Below are positions 19,960-29,352 of a stretch of 64,000 bases of DNA, in pieces (the first letter of the stretch is position 1; every line of letters starts with the position of its first letter). The notes under the pieces are model-generated. The model did no database searches, had not been told where the DNA came from, and worked only from the letters and a program-made list of their open reading frames with translations. This DNA comes from Anaerolineales bacterium (GTDB lineage: Bacteria > Chloroflexota > Anaerolineae > Anaerolineales > Villigracilaceae), in NCBI GenBank assembly GCA_035515435.1, contig DATJBI010000067.1, positions 32,788 to 96,787 of the forward strand. The letters run 5' to 3'. The translations under genes were made by a program, and so were the position numbers.

Positions 19960-20154
19960 TCAACCACCCGAGATCACCGCGACCAGCCTGACCACATCGC
20001 CGTCCTTCAGAATCTCATCCTCGAGGATCATCTCGGACCCCCGCGTCGCAATAACCGACTCAGGCAGGACATTGATCTTGTGGAGAGCTGACAGCAACGT
20101 CATGCCGGGTTTGACTTCATATTCCTTATCGCGCAGGACCAGTTTGACGCTCAT
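19960..20154 (-). CDS. ttuB: MoaD/ThiS-family ubiquitin-like sulfur carrier (TtuB-like)
   Basis: 64 aa ending in ...VAVISGG*. Lies immediately upstream of ttuA. Confidence 0.7.
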   Translation of the reverse strand: MSVKLVLRDKEYEVKPGMTLLSALHKINVLPESVIATRGSEMILEDEILKDGDVVRLVAVISGG

Positions 20155-20225
20155 CGGTGCCCGGATATCTGGATTTTATCATATCCAATTTTCCGCTCCT
20201 CCTTCCTATTTTCTTCCCGGTCGTC

Positions 20226-20254
20226 TTGACACCGCGCCGGCTTGCCTGTACCAT
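20226..20254 (+). promoter_or_regulatory. Promoter giving a leaderless mRNA for the glycosyltransferase
   Basis: TTGACA, 17 nt spacer, TACCAT, then 6 nt to ATG 20261. No SD. Confidence 0.55.
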
Positions 20255-20260
20255 GTACTC

Positions 20261-21463
20261 ATGCGCATCGCCATGATGGCCGACGTTTACCGGCCGCACG
20301 TCAGCGGCATCACGAATTACATTGGTTTGAACAAGCGCTACCTTGAAAAAGCGGGGCATGAGGTCTTTGTGTTCACCTTCGGCGATCAGGATTACCACGA
20401 CCAGGAGCCGCGCGTCGTCCGCTCTCCGGGGTTGCCGCTGGTGGACACAGGCTATTATCTGTCTTTCCGGCATACGGTGGCTGCCAAGAAATTATTACAG
20501 ACCATGGACGTCATTCATGTCCACCACCCGTTCCTAAGCGGCCGCCTGGCCCTGCGCTACTGCCAGCCTCTGCACATTCCGATCATCTTCACCAGCCACA
20601 CCCGCTATGATTTATACGCGCAGGCCTACTTTCCGATCGTGCCCGAAGAGATCAGCGATGGATTGCTTCAAGCCTACATGCCCCCCTTCTGTGAAGCCAT
20701 GAGTTTGGTGATCTCCCCCTCGGCGGGCATGGCGAAGATCCTGCGCGGCATGGGCGTGACCGCTCCGATCTCGATCATTCCGAACGGCGTGGAACTCGAG
20801 AGTTTCTATCAGGCCGAACCATTGCCGCGCCCGGATTTCGGATTTAAGCCGAGCGATGTGCTGATCGTTTACGCGGGGCGCATCGCAACCGAAAAAAATC
20901 TGGTCTTTCTGCTTCAATCTTTTGCGGGACTGGCGCAGGCCTACCCCCAGGTTTATCTTATGATCCTGGGCAGCGGACAACGGCAGATCGAGGAAGAAAC
21001 GAAACAACTTGCGGCAGAACTCCATCTCAATCAGCGGGTGCGCTTCACCGGTTTGATCCCGTACGAAAAGCTTCCAGCCTATCTCGCCATGTGCGACGCG
21101 TTCGCGACCGCCTCGGTTACGGAAGTCCATCCGCTTTCGGTCATCGAAGCCATGGCGTCCGGGCTGCCGGTGATCGGAATCGATTCGCCCGGCGTTGGCG
21201 ATACGATCGAGGACGGCAAGACGGGATTTCTTGCGACGCAGGACCTGGCATCGTTCACGGCAAAGCTCACGCGGTTGTGCCTCGACGCCCCCCTGCGCAG
21301 GCAAATGGGCGAGGCGGCGCGCCGGGCTTCCATCCGTTACGCCATCGAACGGACAACGCAAACGATGCTGGAACAGTACGAGCGGCTGGTGTATGCTTCA
21401 CGCCCGCGCCGAGAAAACTGGGAAGTCCGTCTGCGCGGGCTGCTGGAGAGATTCTTGCAATGA
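20261..21463 (+). CDS. Glycosyltransferase family 4 (GT-B, group 1)
   Basis: Track ORF 19811..21463. GT-like sequence starts MRIAMMADVYRPHVSGITNY. C-terminal E(x7)E-type region SVTEVHPLSVIEAMASGLPVI. Confidence 0.85.
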   Translation: MRIAMMADVYRPHVSGITNYIGLNKRYLEKAGHEVFVFTFGDQDYHDQEPRVVRSPGLPLVDTGYYLSFRHTVAAKKLLQTMDVIHVHHPFLSGRLALRYCQPLHIPIIFTSHTRYDLYAQAYFPIVPEEISDGLLQAYMPPFCEAMSLVISPSAGMAKILRGMGVTAPISIIPNGVELESFYQAEPLPRPDFGFKPSDVLIVYAGRIATEKNLVFLLQSFAGLAQAYPQVYLMILGSGQRQIEEETKQLAAELHLNQRVRFTGLIPYEKLPAYLAMCDAFATASVTEVHPLSVIEAMASGLPVIGIDSPGVGDTIEDGKTGFLATQDLASFTAKLTRLCLDAPLRRQMGEAARRASIRYAIERTTQTMLEQYERLVYASRPRRENWEVRLRGLLERFLQ

Positions 21464-22560
21464 GCCGCCCTGAGCAGATGAGGCCATCGGGCGGCACGAT
21501 GGTCTCAGCCTCTCCCGAGGTCGAAGCGCACGAACCGAGTTCGCCCCGGCCTCAGCAAAACGGGATGGATTACCCTGGGAGCGAGACAGTGGCTGTCCAA
21601 GAAATGAACGGCACTACGCCAATTAAGCCACCATTAATTCTCCTCGTGGGTCCGACGGCCGTAGGCAAGACCGGGATCGCCGTTCAGCTCGCCGAAAAAA
21701 TCCGCGGCGAGATTGTCTCCGCGGACTCACGGCTCTTCTACCGCGGCATGGACATCGGCAGCGCCAAGCCTACGCCTGAGGAACAGGCGCGCGTCTCCCA
21801 CCATTTGATCGACATTGCAGATCCCAACCAGATCGTGTCGCTGGCAGTCTTCCAGCGAATGGCAACGGAGGCCATCGCCGCTGTCTGTGCGCGCGGCAGG
21901 CTGCCCCTGCTGGTGGGCGGGACGGGACAATATATCCGCGCCCTCACCCAGGGTTGGAGTCCGCCCGAAGTGCAGCCGGATGAAGGCTTGCGAAGCGAAC
22001 TGGAAAGACAGGCGGCCGAGGAAGGAAAGGACTTTCTTCACCAGAGGCTGAAAACGCTCGACCCCGAGGCGGCGGACAAGATTGACCCCCGCAATGTCCG
22101 CCGGACCATCCGGGCCCTGGAGGTGATTCTCGCAACCGGCAGGAGATTCTCCGAGCAACGCGGACAGGTGGAACCACCCTATCGCATGCTCACGATCGGG
22201 CTGGCCCGCCCGCGGGCTGAGCTGTACGCCCGCATTGATGCACGCATCGAGTCCATGTTTGCAAACGGATTATTGGATGAAGTCCGGGATTTGCTGGCCA
22301 AGGGCTATTCCGGCGATCTGCCAACGATGTCGGCGATCGGGTATCGCGAATGCGTCCGCGTGGTTGAAGGCAAATTAAGCCCGGCGCAGGCTCAAATCGC
22401 GATGCGACGCGCCACGCGCGCCTTCGTCCGCAGACAGGGCAATTGGTTCAAAGAGTCGGATCCGAACATTCGTTGGTTCTATGCGGGCGACGAAGGGATC
22501 ATCGCAAAGATCATTGCCTGCATTCGCCAAACCATTCCCGAATCTCAAGTTGACTTTTGA
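21460..22560 (+). CDS. miaA: tRNA dimethylallyltransferase
   Basis: P-loop GPTAVGKTG, SADSRLFYRGMDIGSAKP. Start uncertain: ATG 21460 overlaps the upstream stop as ATGA, while ATG 21604 would give a typical 318 aa. Confidence 0.88.
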   Translation: MSRPEQMRPSGGTMVSASPEVEAHEPSSPRPQQNGMDYPGSETVAVQEMNGTTPIKPPLILLVGPTAVGKTGIAVQLAEKIRGEIVSADSRLFYRGMDIGSAKPTPEEQARVSHHLIDIADPNQIVSLAVFQRMATEAIAAVCARGRLPLLVGGTGQYIRALTQGWSPPEVQPDEGLRSELERQAAEEGKDFLHQRLKTLDPEAADKIDPRNVRRTIRALEVILATGRRFSEQRGQVEPPYRMLTIGLARPRAELYARIDARIESMFANGLLDEVRDLLAKGYSGDLPTMSAIGYRECVRVVEGKLSPAQAQIAMRRATRAFVRRQGNWFKESDPNIRWFYAGDEGIIAKIIACIRQTIPESQVDF

Positions 22561-22606
22561 TTTCATTTTGTTATATACTCTAGATAACTAGCAAAGGAGG
22601 AGCGCC

Positions 22607-24319
22607 ATGAGTGATCGCCCGTGGATCGCACACTACGACAAAGGTGTGCCTGCAGCGATTGATTACCCGAAGGAGCCGTTGTTCCACTTTCTGGAAGAAT
22701 CGGCCCACAAATATCCCGACCGCGCCTGCACGATCTTTAAGGGCGCGGTTATTTCATACCGCCGTATGAACGACCTGACCGACCGGCTTGCGGCGGCACT
22801 TGTCGACCTGGGTGTAAAGAAAGGCGACCGGGTCGGGATCTTCATGCCGAACACACCGCAGTTTGTCGAGGCGTATTTTGGGATCCTGAAGGCGGGCGGG
22901 GTGGTGGTGGCCATGAATCCGCTTTACACGCCGTCGGAGATCGCACACCAGGCCAACGACGCCGGCCTCGAGATCATGTTCGTCATGACCAACTTCTACA
23001 AGACCATCAAGGCCGCCCAGGCGGAGACGAAAATCAAGAAGCTGATCGTCACCAATATCAAGGAAGCGCTGCCCCCCCTCACGAGCCTATTGTTCACGCT
23101 GGCGCGCGAGAAAAAGGGCGGCTTCCGGATCGAGGGCGGGCTGTCGCAGGGCGACCTCTGGATGCAAGATCTATTTGCGAAGTATCAGCCGTCGCAACGC
23201 CCCAAGCTGGACATCGGCCCGGAGGACACGGCCCTGTTCCAATACTCCGGCGGGACCACGGGCACCTCGAAAGGCGCGGTGGCCCTGCACCGCAATGTGG
23301 TTGCGAACACCCTGCAGATGAAGGAATGGATCACCACCGCCCAGGAGGGAAAAGAAACCGTATTGATGGCCATCCCGCTCTTCCATGTGTATGGCATGGT
23401 GGCGGGCATGAACTTCGGGTTGGTCACCGCGGCCAGCCTGGTGATGATCCCCAACGCCCGCGACATCCCGGATGTCCTGGAAAACATCAACAAATTTCAC
23501 CCGACCATTTTCCCGGGTGTGCCCACGCTTTACAATGCGATCAACAACCATCCCGCAGTGAAAGAGGGCAAAATCAACCTGCGCACGATCAAGGCCTGCA
23601 TTTCAGGTTCCGCGCCGCTCATGCGCGAAACCAAGGAAAAGTTCGAGGAGCTGAGCGGCGGAGTGGTATTTGAGGGCTACGGGCTGTCCGAAGCGCCGAC
23701 CGCCACACACTGCAACCCGCTGCTGGGCATCAACAAGACCGGCTCCATCGGCATGCCGATGTCGGATGTGGATTGCAAGATCATCAGCCTCGACGACGGC
23801 GAGACGGAAATGCCGATGGGCGAGATCGGCGAACTTGTGGTCATTGGTCCGCAGGTGATGAAGGGTTATCACAATATGCCCACCGAGACAGCCAATGCGC
23901 TGCGCAAGTTGAAGGATGGAAGGACCTGGTTATTCACGGGCGACATCGCCCGCATGGATGAAGACGGTTATTTCTATATCGTCGATCGCAAGAAGGAACT
24001 CATCAAACCGGGCGGATTCCAGGTCTGGCCGCGCGAAGTGGAGGAAGTCATCGCGGCGCATCCAAAGGTCCTGGAAGTCGGCGTGGCAGGGATTCCCGAT
24101 CCGTATCGCGGGGAGACCGTCAAGGCCTGGATCGTGCTCAAGCCGGGACAGCAGGCCAGCCCCGAAGAAATCAAAGCCTGGTGCAAGCAAAAATTGGCCG
24201 CGTATAAAGTCCCGACGCATTACGAATTTAGAACCGAGCTGCCCAAGACCACGGTCGGAAAGATCTTAAGGCGTGAGCTCGTGAAACAGCATAAGGAAAC
24301 GGAAAGCGCGCAGACTTAA
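22607..24319 (+). CDS. Long-chain-fatty-acid--CoA ligase (AMP-binding family)
   Basis: 570 aa; YSGGTTGTSKG AMP-binding motif, GDIARMDEDGYFYIVDRKKELIK. Strong SD AAAGGAGGAG. Confidence 0.9.
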   Translation: MSDRPWIAHYDKGVPAAIDYPKEPLFHFLEESAHKYPDRACTIFKGAVISYRRMNDLTDRLAAALVDLGVKKGDRVGIFMPNTPQFVEAYFGILKAGGVVVAMNPLYTPSEIAHQANDAGLEIMFVMTNFYKTIKAAQAETKIKKLIVTNIKEALPPLTSLLFTLAREKKGGFRIEGGLSQGDLWMQDLFAKYQPSQRPKLDIGPEDTALFQYSGGTTGTSKGAVALHRNVVANTLQMKEWITTAQEGKETVLMAIPLFHVYGMVAGMNFGLVTAASLVMIPNARDIPDVLENINKFHPTIFPGVPTLYNAINNHPAVKEGKINLRTIKACISGSAPLMRETKEKFEELSGGVVFEGYGLSEAPTATHCNPLLGINKTGSIGMPMSDVDCKIISLDDGETEMPMGEIGELVVIGPQVMKGYHNMPTETANALRKLKDGRTWLFTGDIARMDEDGYFYIVDRKKELIKPGGFQVWPREVEEVIAAHPKVLEVGVAGIPDPYRGETVKAWIVLKPGQQASPEEIKAWCKQKLAAYKVPTHYEFRTELPKTTVGKILRRELVKQHKETESAQT

Positions 24320-24339
24320 TCGGCAGCGAAAACGAAAAA

Positions 24340-24374
24340 CGCAATTCCCTGGATCGGAATTGCGTTTTGTTTTT
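24340..24374. terminator. Bidirectional intrinsic terminator
   Basis: CGCAATTCC-ctggatc-GGAATTGCG flanked by an A-run and TTTTGTTTTT. Confidence 0.75.
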
Positions 24375-24384
24375 GCGTTTGGCT

Positions 24385-26241
24385 TCAGGCCGGCTGCGGT
24401 GTGCCGCTCTTCTTGGGGAAAGGCGGCGGGAAGATCACCTCGAATTCTTCACGCGTGATGGTCTCCGCCTCCAGCAATTTTTTCGCGACGGCATCCAGCT
24501 GGGCGCGATAACTGGTCAGCAGGTTCCTGGCAAGCTTGTACGCCTCGTTCACGAGGTTGCGGACTTCATCGTCGATCTTTTCCGCGATGGCTTCCGAATA
24601 ATCGCGCTGCTCGGAAATCTCCCGTCCGAGGAAGATCAATTCTTCCTTTTGGCCGTAGACCATCGGGCCCAATTCGTCGCTCATCCCAAGGCGGGTGACC
24701 ATGGCGCGCGCCATGCGCGTCACCTGCTCGATGTCGTTCGAAGCCCCGGACGTGATGTCATCAAAGACCAGTTCCTCGGCCACGCGCCCGCCGAGGGCGC
24801 CGGCCAGGGTCGCGATCATTTTCTTGCGCGAGAACAACAAGCGGTCATCATCCGGACGGTACCAGGTCGCCCCGCCGGCCTGTCCGCGTCCGACAATCGT
24901 GATCTTCTGCACCGGATCCGCTTCGGGGATGGCATTGGCCACAACCGCGTGACCCGCTTCATGGTAGGCGATGATGCGTTTCTCCTCATCGGAGATCAAC
25001 CGGGATTTTCGTTCGGGCCCCATCACGACGCGTTCGATCGCCTCTTCCAGCTCCGGCTGACCGATGGATTTCTTATTGCGGCGCGCCGCGAGAATGGCGC
25101 TTTCATTAATCATATTCTCGAGGTCCGCACCGACAAAGCCCGGCGTGCCGCGCGCCAGGGAGGCCAGGTCAACATTTGGTTCGAGCGGTTTGCCCTTGGC
25201 ATGAACTTTCAAAATGGCCTCGCGGCCCTTGACATCCGGACGATCAAGCGTCACCCGGCGGTCAAAACGACCCGGTCGCAACAGGGCCGGATCCAAGATA
25301 TCGGGGCGGTTGGTCGCGGCAATGATGATGACGTTGGTGTCGGTGTCGAAGCCGTCCATCTCGACCAGCATTTGATTAAGCGTTTGCTCGCGCTCATCGT
25401 GTGATCCGCCCAAACCCGCGCCGCGTTGCCGCCCGACCGCATCAATCTCGTCCACGAAGATAATGCAGGGCGAATGACGCTTGGCTTGATCGAACAAATC
25501 GCGAACGCGGCTGGCACCCACGCCGACGAACATTTCAACAAATTCAGAGCCGGAGATCGAGAAGAACGGCACACCGGCCTCGCCCGAAACGGCTTTGGCA
25601 AGCAAGGTCTTGCCGGTGCCCGGAGGTCCAACCAACAAGACGCCTTTCGGAATGCGCGCCCCGAGCTGAATGAACTTCTGAGGCTCTTTCAAGAACTCGA
25701 CGACTTCCGCCAGTTCCTGCTTGGATTCTTCGATGCCGGCCACATCCTGAAAGGTCACCGTGGGATGCTCGCCGCTGAACATGCGGGCGCGGCTTTTCCC
25801 GAAAGCCATGGCGGCGTTGTTCGACCCCTGCGCCTGGCGGAAAATGAACCACAACACGCCCGCCATGAATATCACCGGCAGAATATACAGCAGGCTGCTC
25901 AAAATACCCGCCCAGGGGGAGGGCGGCTGGACCTCGACGATCACGTTATTGGGGGAGAGCTGCGCCGGCGTCACCCCCAGGCTGATCAGCTGGTCCACCA
26001 GCGTGGCACTCGATTCCTTATTCGAGTCCGCTTCCTTGCCCGACTTATAAACAATATGGATCTGAGTATCGCTTTGAATGATGACTCGGGCCACTTCGCC
26101 ATTTTGGATGGACTGCGCTACCTGATTGATCGTCAGCGGTTGGGGTGTATTATTGTCCTGCCGGAAGCCGACATAGAGCATCGCACCGACGGCCACGATC
26201 AATAAGAAGTAGATAATAAACGACTGAGTACGTGAATTCAC
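24385..26241 (-). CDS. ftsH: ATP-dependent zinc metalloprotease FtsH
   Basis: 618 aa; Walker [12 protein letters not shown] region, HEAGH zinc site. Confidence 0.97.
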   Translation of the reverse strand: MNSRTQSFIIYFLLIVAVGAMLYVGFRQDNNTPQPLTINQVAQSIQNGEVARVIIQSDTQIHIVYKSGKEADSNKESSATLVDQLISLGVTPAQLSPNNVIVEVQPPSPWAGILSSLLYILPVIFMAGVLWFIFRQAQGSNNAAMAFGKSRARMFSGEHPTVTFQDVAGIEESKQELAEVVEFLKEPQKFIQLGARIPKGVLLVGPPGTGKTLLAKAVSGEAGVPFFSISGSEFVEMFVGVGASRVRDLFDQAKRHSPCIIFVDEIDAVGRQRGAGLGGSHDEREQTLNQMLVEMDGFDTDTNVIIIAATNRPDILDPALLRPGRFDRRVTLDRPDVKGREAILKVHAKGKPLEPNVDLASLARGTPGFVGADLENMINESAILAARRNKKSIGQPELEEAIERVVMGPERKSRLISDEEKRIIAYHEAGHAVVANAIPEADPVQKITIVGRGQAGGATWYRPDDDRLLFSRKKMIATLAGALGGRVAEELVFDDITSGASNDIEQVTRMARAMVTRLGMSDELGPMVYGQKEELIFLGREISEQRDYSEAIAEKIDDEVRNLVNEAYKLARNLLTSYRAQLDAVAKKLLEAETITREEFEVIFPPPFPKKSGTPQPA

Positions 26242-26397
26242 AGATTTTCCTCCGAACAGTGGAAATTATACCAACCTACCCGCCCGGCGAATAGCCCCAA
26301 GCAATTATTTATATGATTTTCTAATATATTATTCATCGTAATCATTTTCATCTATCATTGAATCTTGCATTCATGGTAAACTTGGCAAAAGTCAGCC

Positions 26398-26796
26398 ATG
26401 GAAGAGAAGGCCGCAAAACGAATCCTTTGTATTGAAGATGAACCGGAGATGATCGATTTGATTCGGCTCATCCTGGGACGCCGGGGTTTTGAGGTTTCCG
26501 GCGCCGCCGGCGGGAACGCCGGCATTAAAGCCGTGCGCGAGCAACTGCCCGATCTCGTCCTGCTCGACTTGATGATGCCCGATATGGACGGCTGGGAAGT
26601 ATATCAACAAATGAAGGCCAATGAATCCACGCGCAACATCCCGGTCATTGTCGTTACCGCCAAAGCGCAAAACATTGATAAAGTTCTCGGCCTGCATATT
26701 GCCAAAGTGGATGATTACATTTCCAAACCGTTCAGCCCGCAGGAATTACTGAACAGCGTTGAGAAGGTCATCAATCAGAAAAAACCGGTCTCCTGA
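26398..26796 (+). CDS. Stand-alone response-regulator receiver domain
   Basis: 132 aa; ILCIEDE...DLVLLDLMMPDMDG...KPF. Confidence 0.88.
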   Translation: MEEKAAKRILCIEDEPEMIDLIRLILGRRGFEVSGAAGGNAGIKAVREQLPDLVLLDLMMPDMDGWEVYQQMKANESTRNIPVIVVTAKAQNIDKVLGLHIAKVDDYISKPFSPQELLNSVEKVINQKKPVS

Positions 26797-26872
26797 ACCC
26801 ACCGGATCCCGATCTTGACGGGGCGTGTTCCTTGGCGAGCATCCAAAAGGAACGCCCCGTTTTCATTAGACG

Positions 26873-27244
26873 ATGCCATCGGATATTTTTATACAAAACC
26901 CCAACAAACCCATCGACCGCCCGGCCCGCGTCAAATTCTGCGATTCCTTCTTCTGCCGACTCCGCGGTTTGATGTTCCGATCGGTCCTGGCGCGGGACGA
27001 AGGCCTGGTTCTCGTGATCGGAAGAGATTCGCGCCCTGACTCGTCCATTCACATGTTGTTCGTGTCTTTTGACCTGGCAGTGTTCTGGATCAACTCCGAG
27101 ATGGTGGTGGTGGACAAAGTCATGGCCAGATCCTGGCGCCCGGCCTACTTCCCTGCCAAGGCCGCGCGTTACATACTGGAAATCCACCCCAGCCGGTACG
27201 GCGATTATGAGATCGGCGATAAAGTGGAGTTCAAAAATGCGTAG
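26873..27244 (+). CDS. DUF192 domain protein
   Basis: 123 aa; RGLMFR...IHMLFVSFDLAVFWIN pattern resembles DUF192. Confidence 0.65.
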   Translation: MPSDIFIQNPNKPIDRPARVKFCDSFFCRLRGLMFRSVLARDEGLVLVIGRDSRPDSSIHMLFVSFDLAVFWINSEMVVVDKVMARSWRPAYFPAKAARYILEIHPSRYGDYEIGDKVEFKNA

Positions 27245-28661
27245 GCGCCTGGGGGTCTGGGTTCTTTTGGTTTTCATCCTATATCCGGCGCGGCCCGTTT
27301 CCGCCCAGACGCCCACGCCCCCGGCCACATCCGCCCCGGCCACCGGTCCAACCTATATCATCCAACCCGGCGATACCCTTTCCTCCATTGCGGATCGCTT
27401 CAACGTCTCGTTGACCGACCTTCTGGCAGCCAACAGCATCACAGATCCAAACACAATTCAAGCGGGTCAGCCACTCGTCATTCCAGGATTGGAGGGCCTG
27501 AGCGGGACGCTCAATACCGTCGTGGTCGGCTTCGGAGACTCCTATCACAGCCTTGTCCGCCAGACGCAGGTCTCCGCGACACTGCTTGAAAAGCTGAACC
27601 ACCTTGTCAGCCCGAGCGAGTTCTACGTGGGCGCCAATATGATCGTGCCCAGCCAGGCCAACGCTTCAGATTTAACAAATCGTGCGGCGCCTCAGGCCGG
27701 GGAATCGCTTCTCGAGATGGCCGTCAAACAAAACACGGACCTGTGGACCCTGGTGAGTCTCAATGGGCTCAGCGGTAGTTGGGATGCCTTGCCCGGCGAC
27801 ATGCTGTATGCCCCCGGTTCTGCATCCGCCTCCGGCCAAACGACCAGCGGCCTGCCATCTGCTTTTCTCAATGTTCAGATCCCGCATCTGCCCTTCAAAC
27901 AGGGCGGAACGGCCGAGATCCTGGTCAAGCCGGTGGTCGGTGCGACCCTCGGCGGCCTGCTTGTGGATAAACCACTGCACTTTTTCGCGGTGGGCGATGG
28001 AAACTTCGCGGCGCTGCAGGGAGTATACGTTTTGCTCGATCCCGGGGTTTATCCATTGGAACTGGATGCCGCCCTGCCAGATGGCACGAAGCAATCCTTT
28101 CAGCAAATGGTATTGGTCGGGCTCGGCGATCAACCCACCGTGGCGGTTCCGGTGCCTCCCGAGGACCCCACCGACATGGTGTCGGAGGACAAGCAGGTTG
28201 CGTCTATTGTTGCACCGGCCACCGCGACCAAGGCCTGGCAGGGCAAATTCCGCCTGCCGGTTGGTCTGCCTTTTTGTATCAAGGACTGGTTTGGAACCCC
28301 GCGGACGCTTACCTTCAATGGAAGCCCGTACAGCTACTTTCATGGCGGTGTGGATTATGGCGTCTGTTCAACGGATCACCCTCTGGATATTTATGCTGCG
28401 GCGCCCGGTAAAGTGGTCTTCACGGGCATGCTGACCACGCGCGGAAACGCCACGATCATCGACGATGGCTGGGGAGTCTACACCCTTTATGCTCATCAAA
28501 GTGAAATTGGCGTGACGGTGGGTCAGCAAGTTCAAGCCGGACAGCTGATCGGCCAGATTGGTGCGACTGGGCATGTCACCGGACCGCATCTCCACTTCGA
28601 GATGTGGGTTAATGGAGTACAGGTAAATCCGCTTGATTGGCTGAACAACGCCTTTCCCTAG
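27237..28661 (+). CDS. Secreted LysM + M23 family metallopeptidase
   Basis: Track ORF 27069..28661. ATG 27237 gives signal-like MRRRLGVWVLLVFILYPARPVSAQ, LysM YIIQPGDTLSSIADRF, and C-terminal M23 HGGVDYG...GATGHVTGPHLHFEM. Confidence 0.88.
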   Translation: MRRRLGVWVLLVFILYPARPVSAQTPTPPATSAPATGPTYIIQPGDTLSSIADRFNVSLTDLLAANSITDPNTIQAGQPLVIPGLEGLSGTLNTVVVGFGDSYHSLVRQTQVSATLLEKLNHLVSPSEFYVGANMIVPSQANASDLTNRAAPQAGESLLEMAVKQNTDLWTLVSLNGLSGSWDALPGDMLYAPGSASASGQTTSGLPSAFLNVQIPHLPFKQGGTAEILVKPVVGATLGGLLVDKPLHFFAVGDGNFAALQGVYVLLDPGVYPLELDAALPDGTKQSFQQMVLVGLGDQPTVAVPVPPEDPTDMVSEDKQVASIVAPATATKAWQGKFRLPVGLPFCIKDWFGTPRTLTFNGSPYSYFHGGVDYGVCSTDHPLDIYAAAPGKVVFTGMLTTRGNATIIDDGWGVYTLYAHQSEIGVTVGQQVQAGQLIGQIGATGHVTGPHLHFEMWVNGVQVNPLDWLNNAFP

Positions 28662-29084
28662 TTCACCACTTCCGGGTTCCGCGCAGCCTGAGGCCGGACC
28701 TCGGCCGCTCAGGATGAAAGTCTGGACGCACTCTGTCAATCAGACGGATAACGTGGATCAGATCTCACCAATTCGGAGGGAGCCGCTCGCGAATTTCTGT
28801 GCAGAGGGCAGCTTTCAGGCGGGATGGATCATCTTTGAACAGAGCAGGTCCCTGCAGGACGTCTATGTCATTACGCCGGGCGGGGCTCAATTGACGATCA
28901 ACGCCAGCCCCGCGGCCTCACAGGAAGAAACGGGGATGGATCCGACGGACCGGCCGGCCGGGGCGATCGGCTGACCATGCTCCCCGAGGGCTCCCGCGGT
29001 TCGCTTACCGTAATGCGGACATCCGTATCCGAAATACATTGCTGGATGCTCCGGTACCGAGAGTCCGGGTCTAAAAGTCGGCTC

Positions 29085-29113
29085 TTGACCATAATTCAAA
29101 ACTACTTTACTAT
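29085..29113 (+). promoter_or_regulatory. Candidate promoter of the LIV-type transporter operon
   Basis: TTGACC, 17 nt spacer, TACTAT in an AT-rich patch. Implies a 5' UTR of about 230 nt. Confidence 0.45.
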
Positions 29114-29352
29114 TGGCTTTTAATTGTAAAAAGTGAGCAGCGTTTCATTTTTCTTATTCTCTGACAGCCGTGAGAAAATCCATTCGCCAGACATGGACAA
29201 TTTCTCCGGCTTTGTATTAGATGGCAACTCTAGGAACCCTTCACTGAAGGAGGTGATGTAGACAAAGCAGAGTCTTGTCGACTTGGTTGTCACACCCGCA
29301 CTATGGGCGGGCTGTCATTCATGAACAATAATAATATTCGGAGGAGCAAGAA

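Noticed and set aside
28714-29099. ORFs 28714..28974+ (86 aa) and 28887..29099- (70 aa) in the M23-liv intergenic region
   Set aside because: They overlap each other on opposite strands, have no SD and no recognisable motifs. Possibly a decayed gene fragment, but not supportable as CDS.
29256-29261. Start-stop mini-ORF ATG-TAG as a functional uORF
   Set aside because: The ATG is embedded in the SD-like sequence itself, only 2 nt after GGAGG, which is too close for canonical initiation. Kept only as part of the anti-SD-complement observation.
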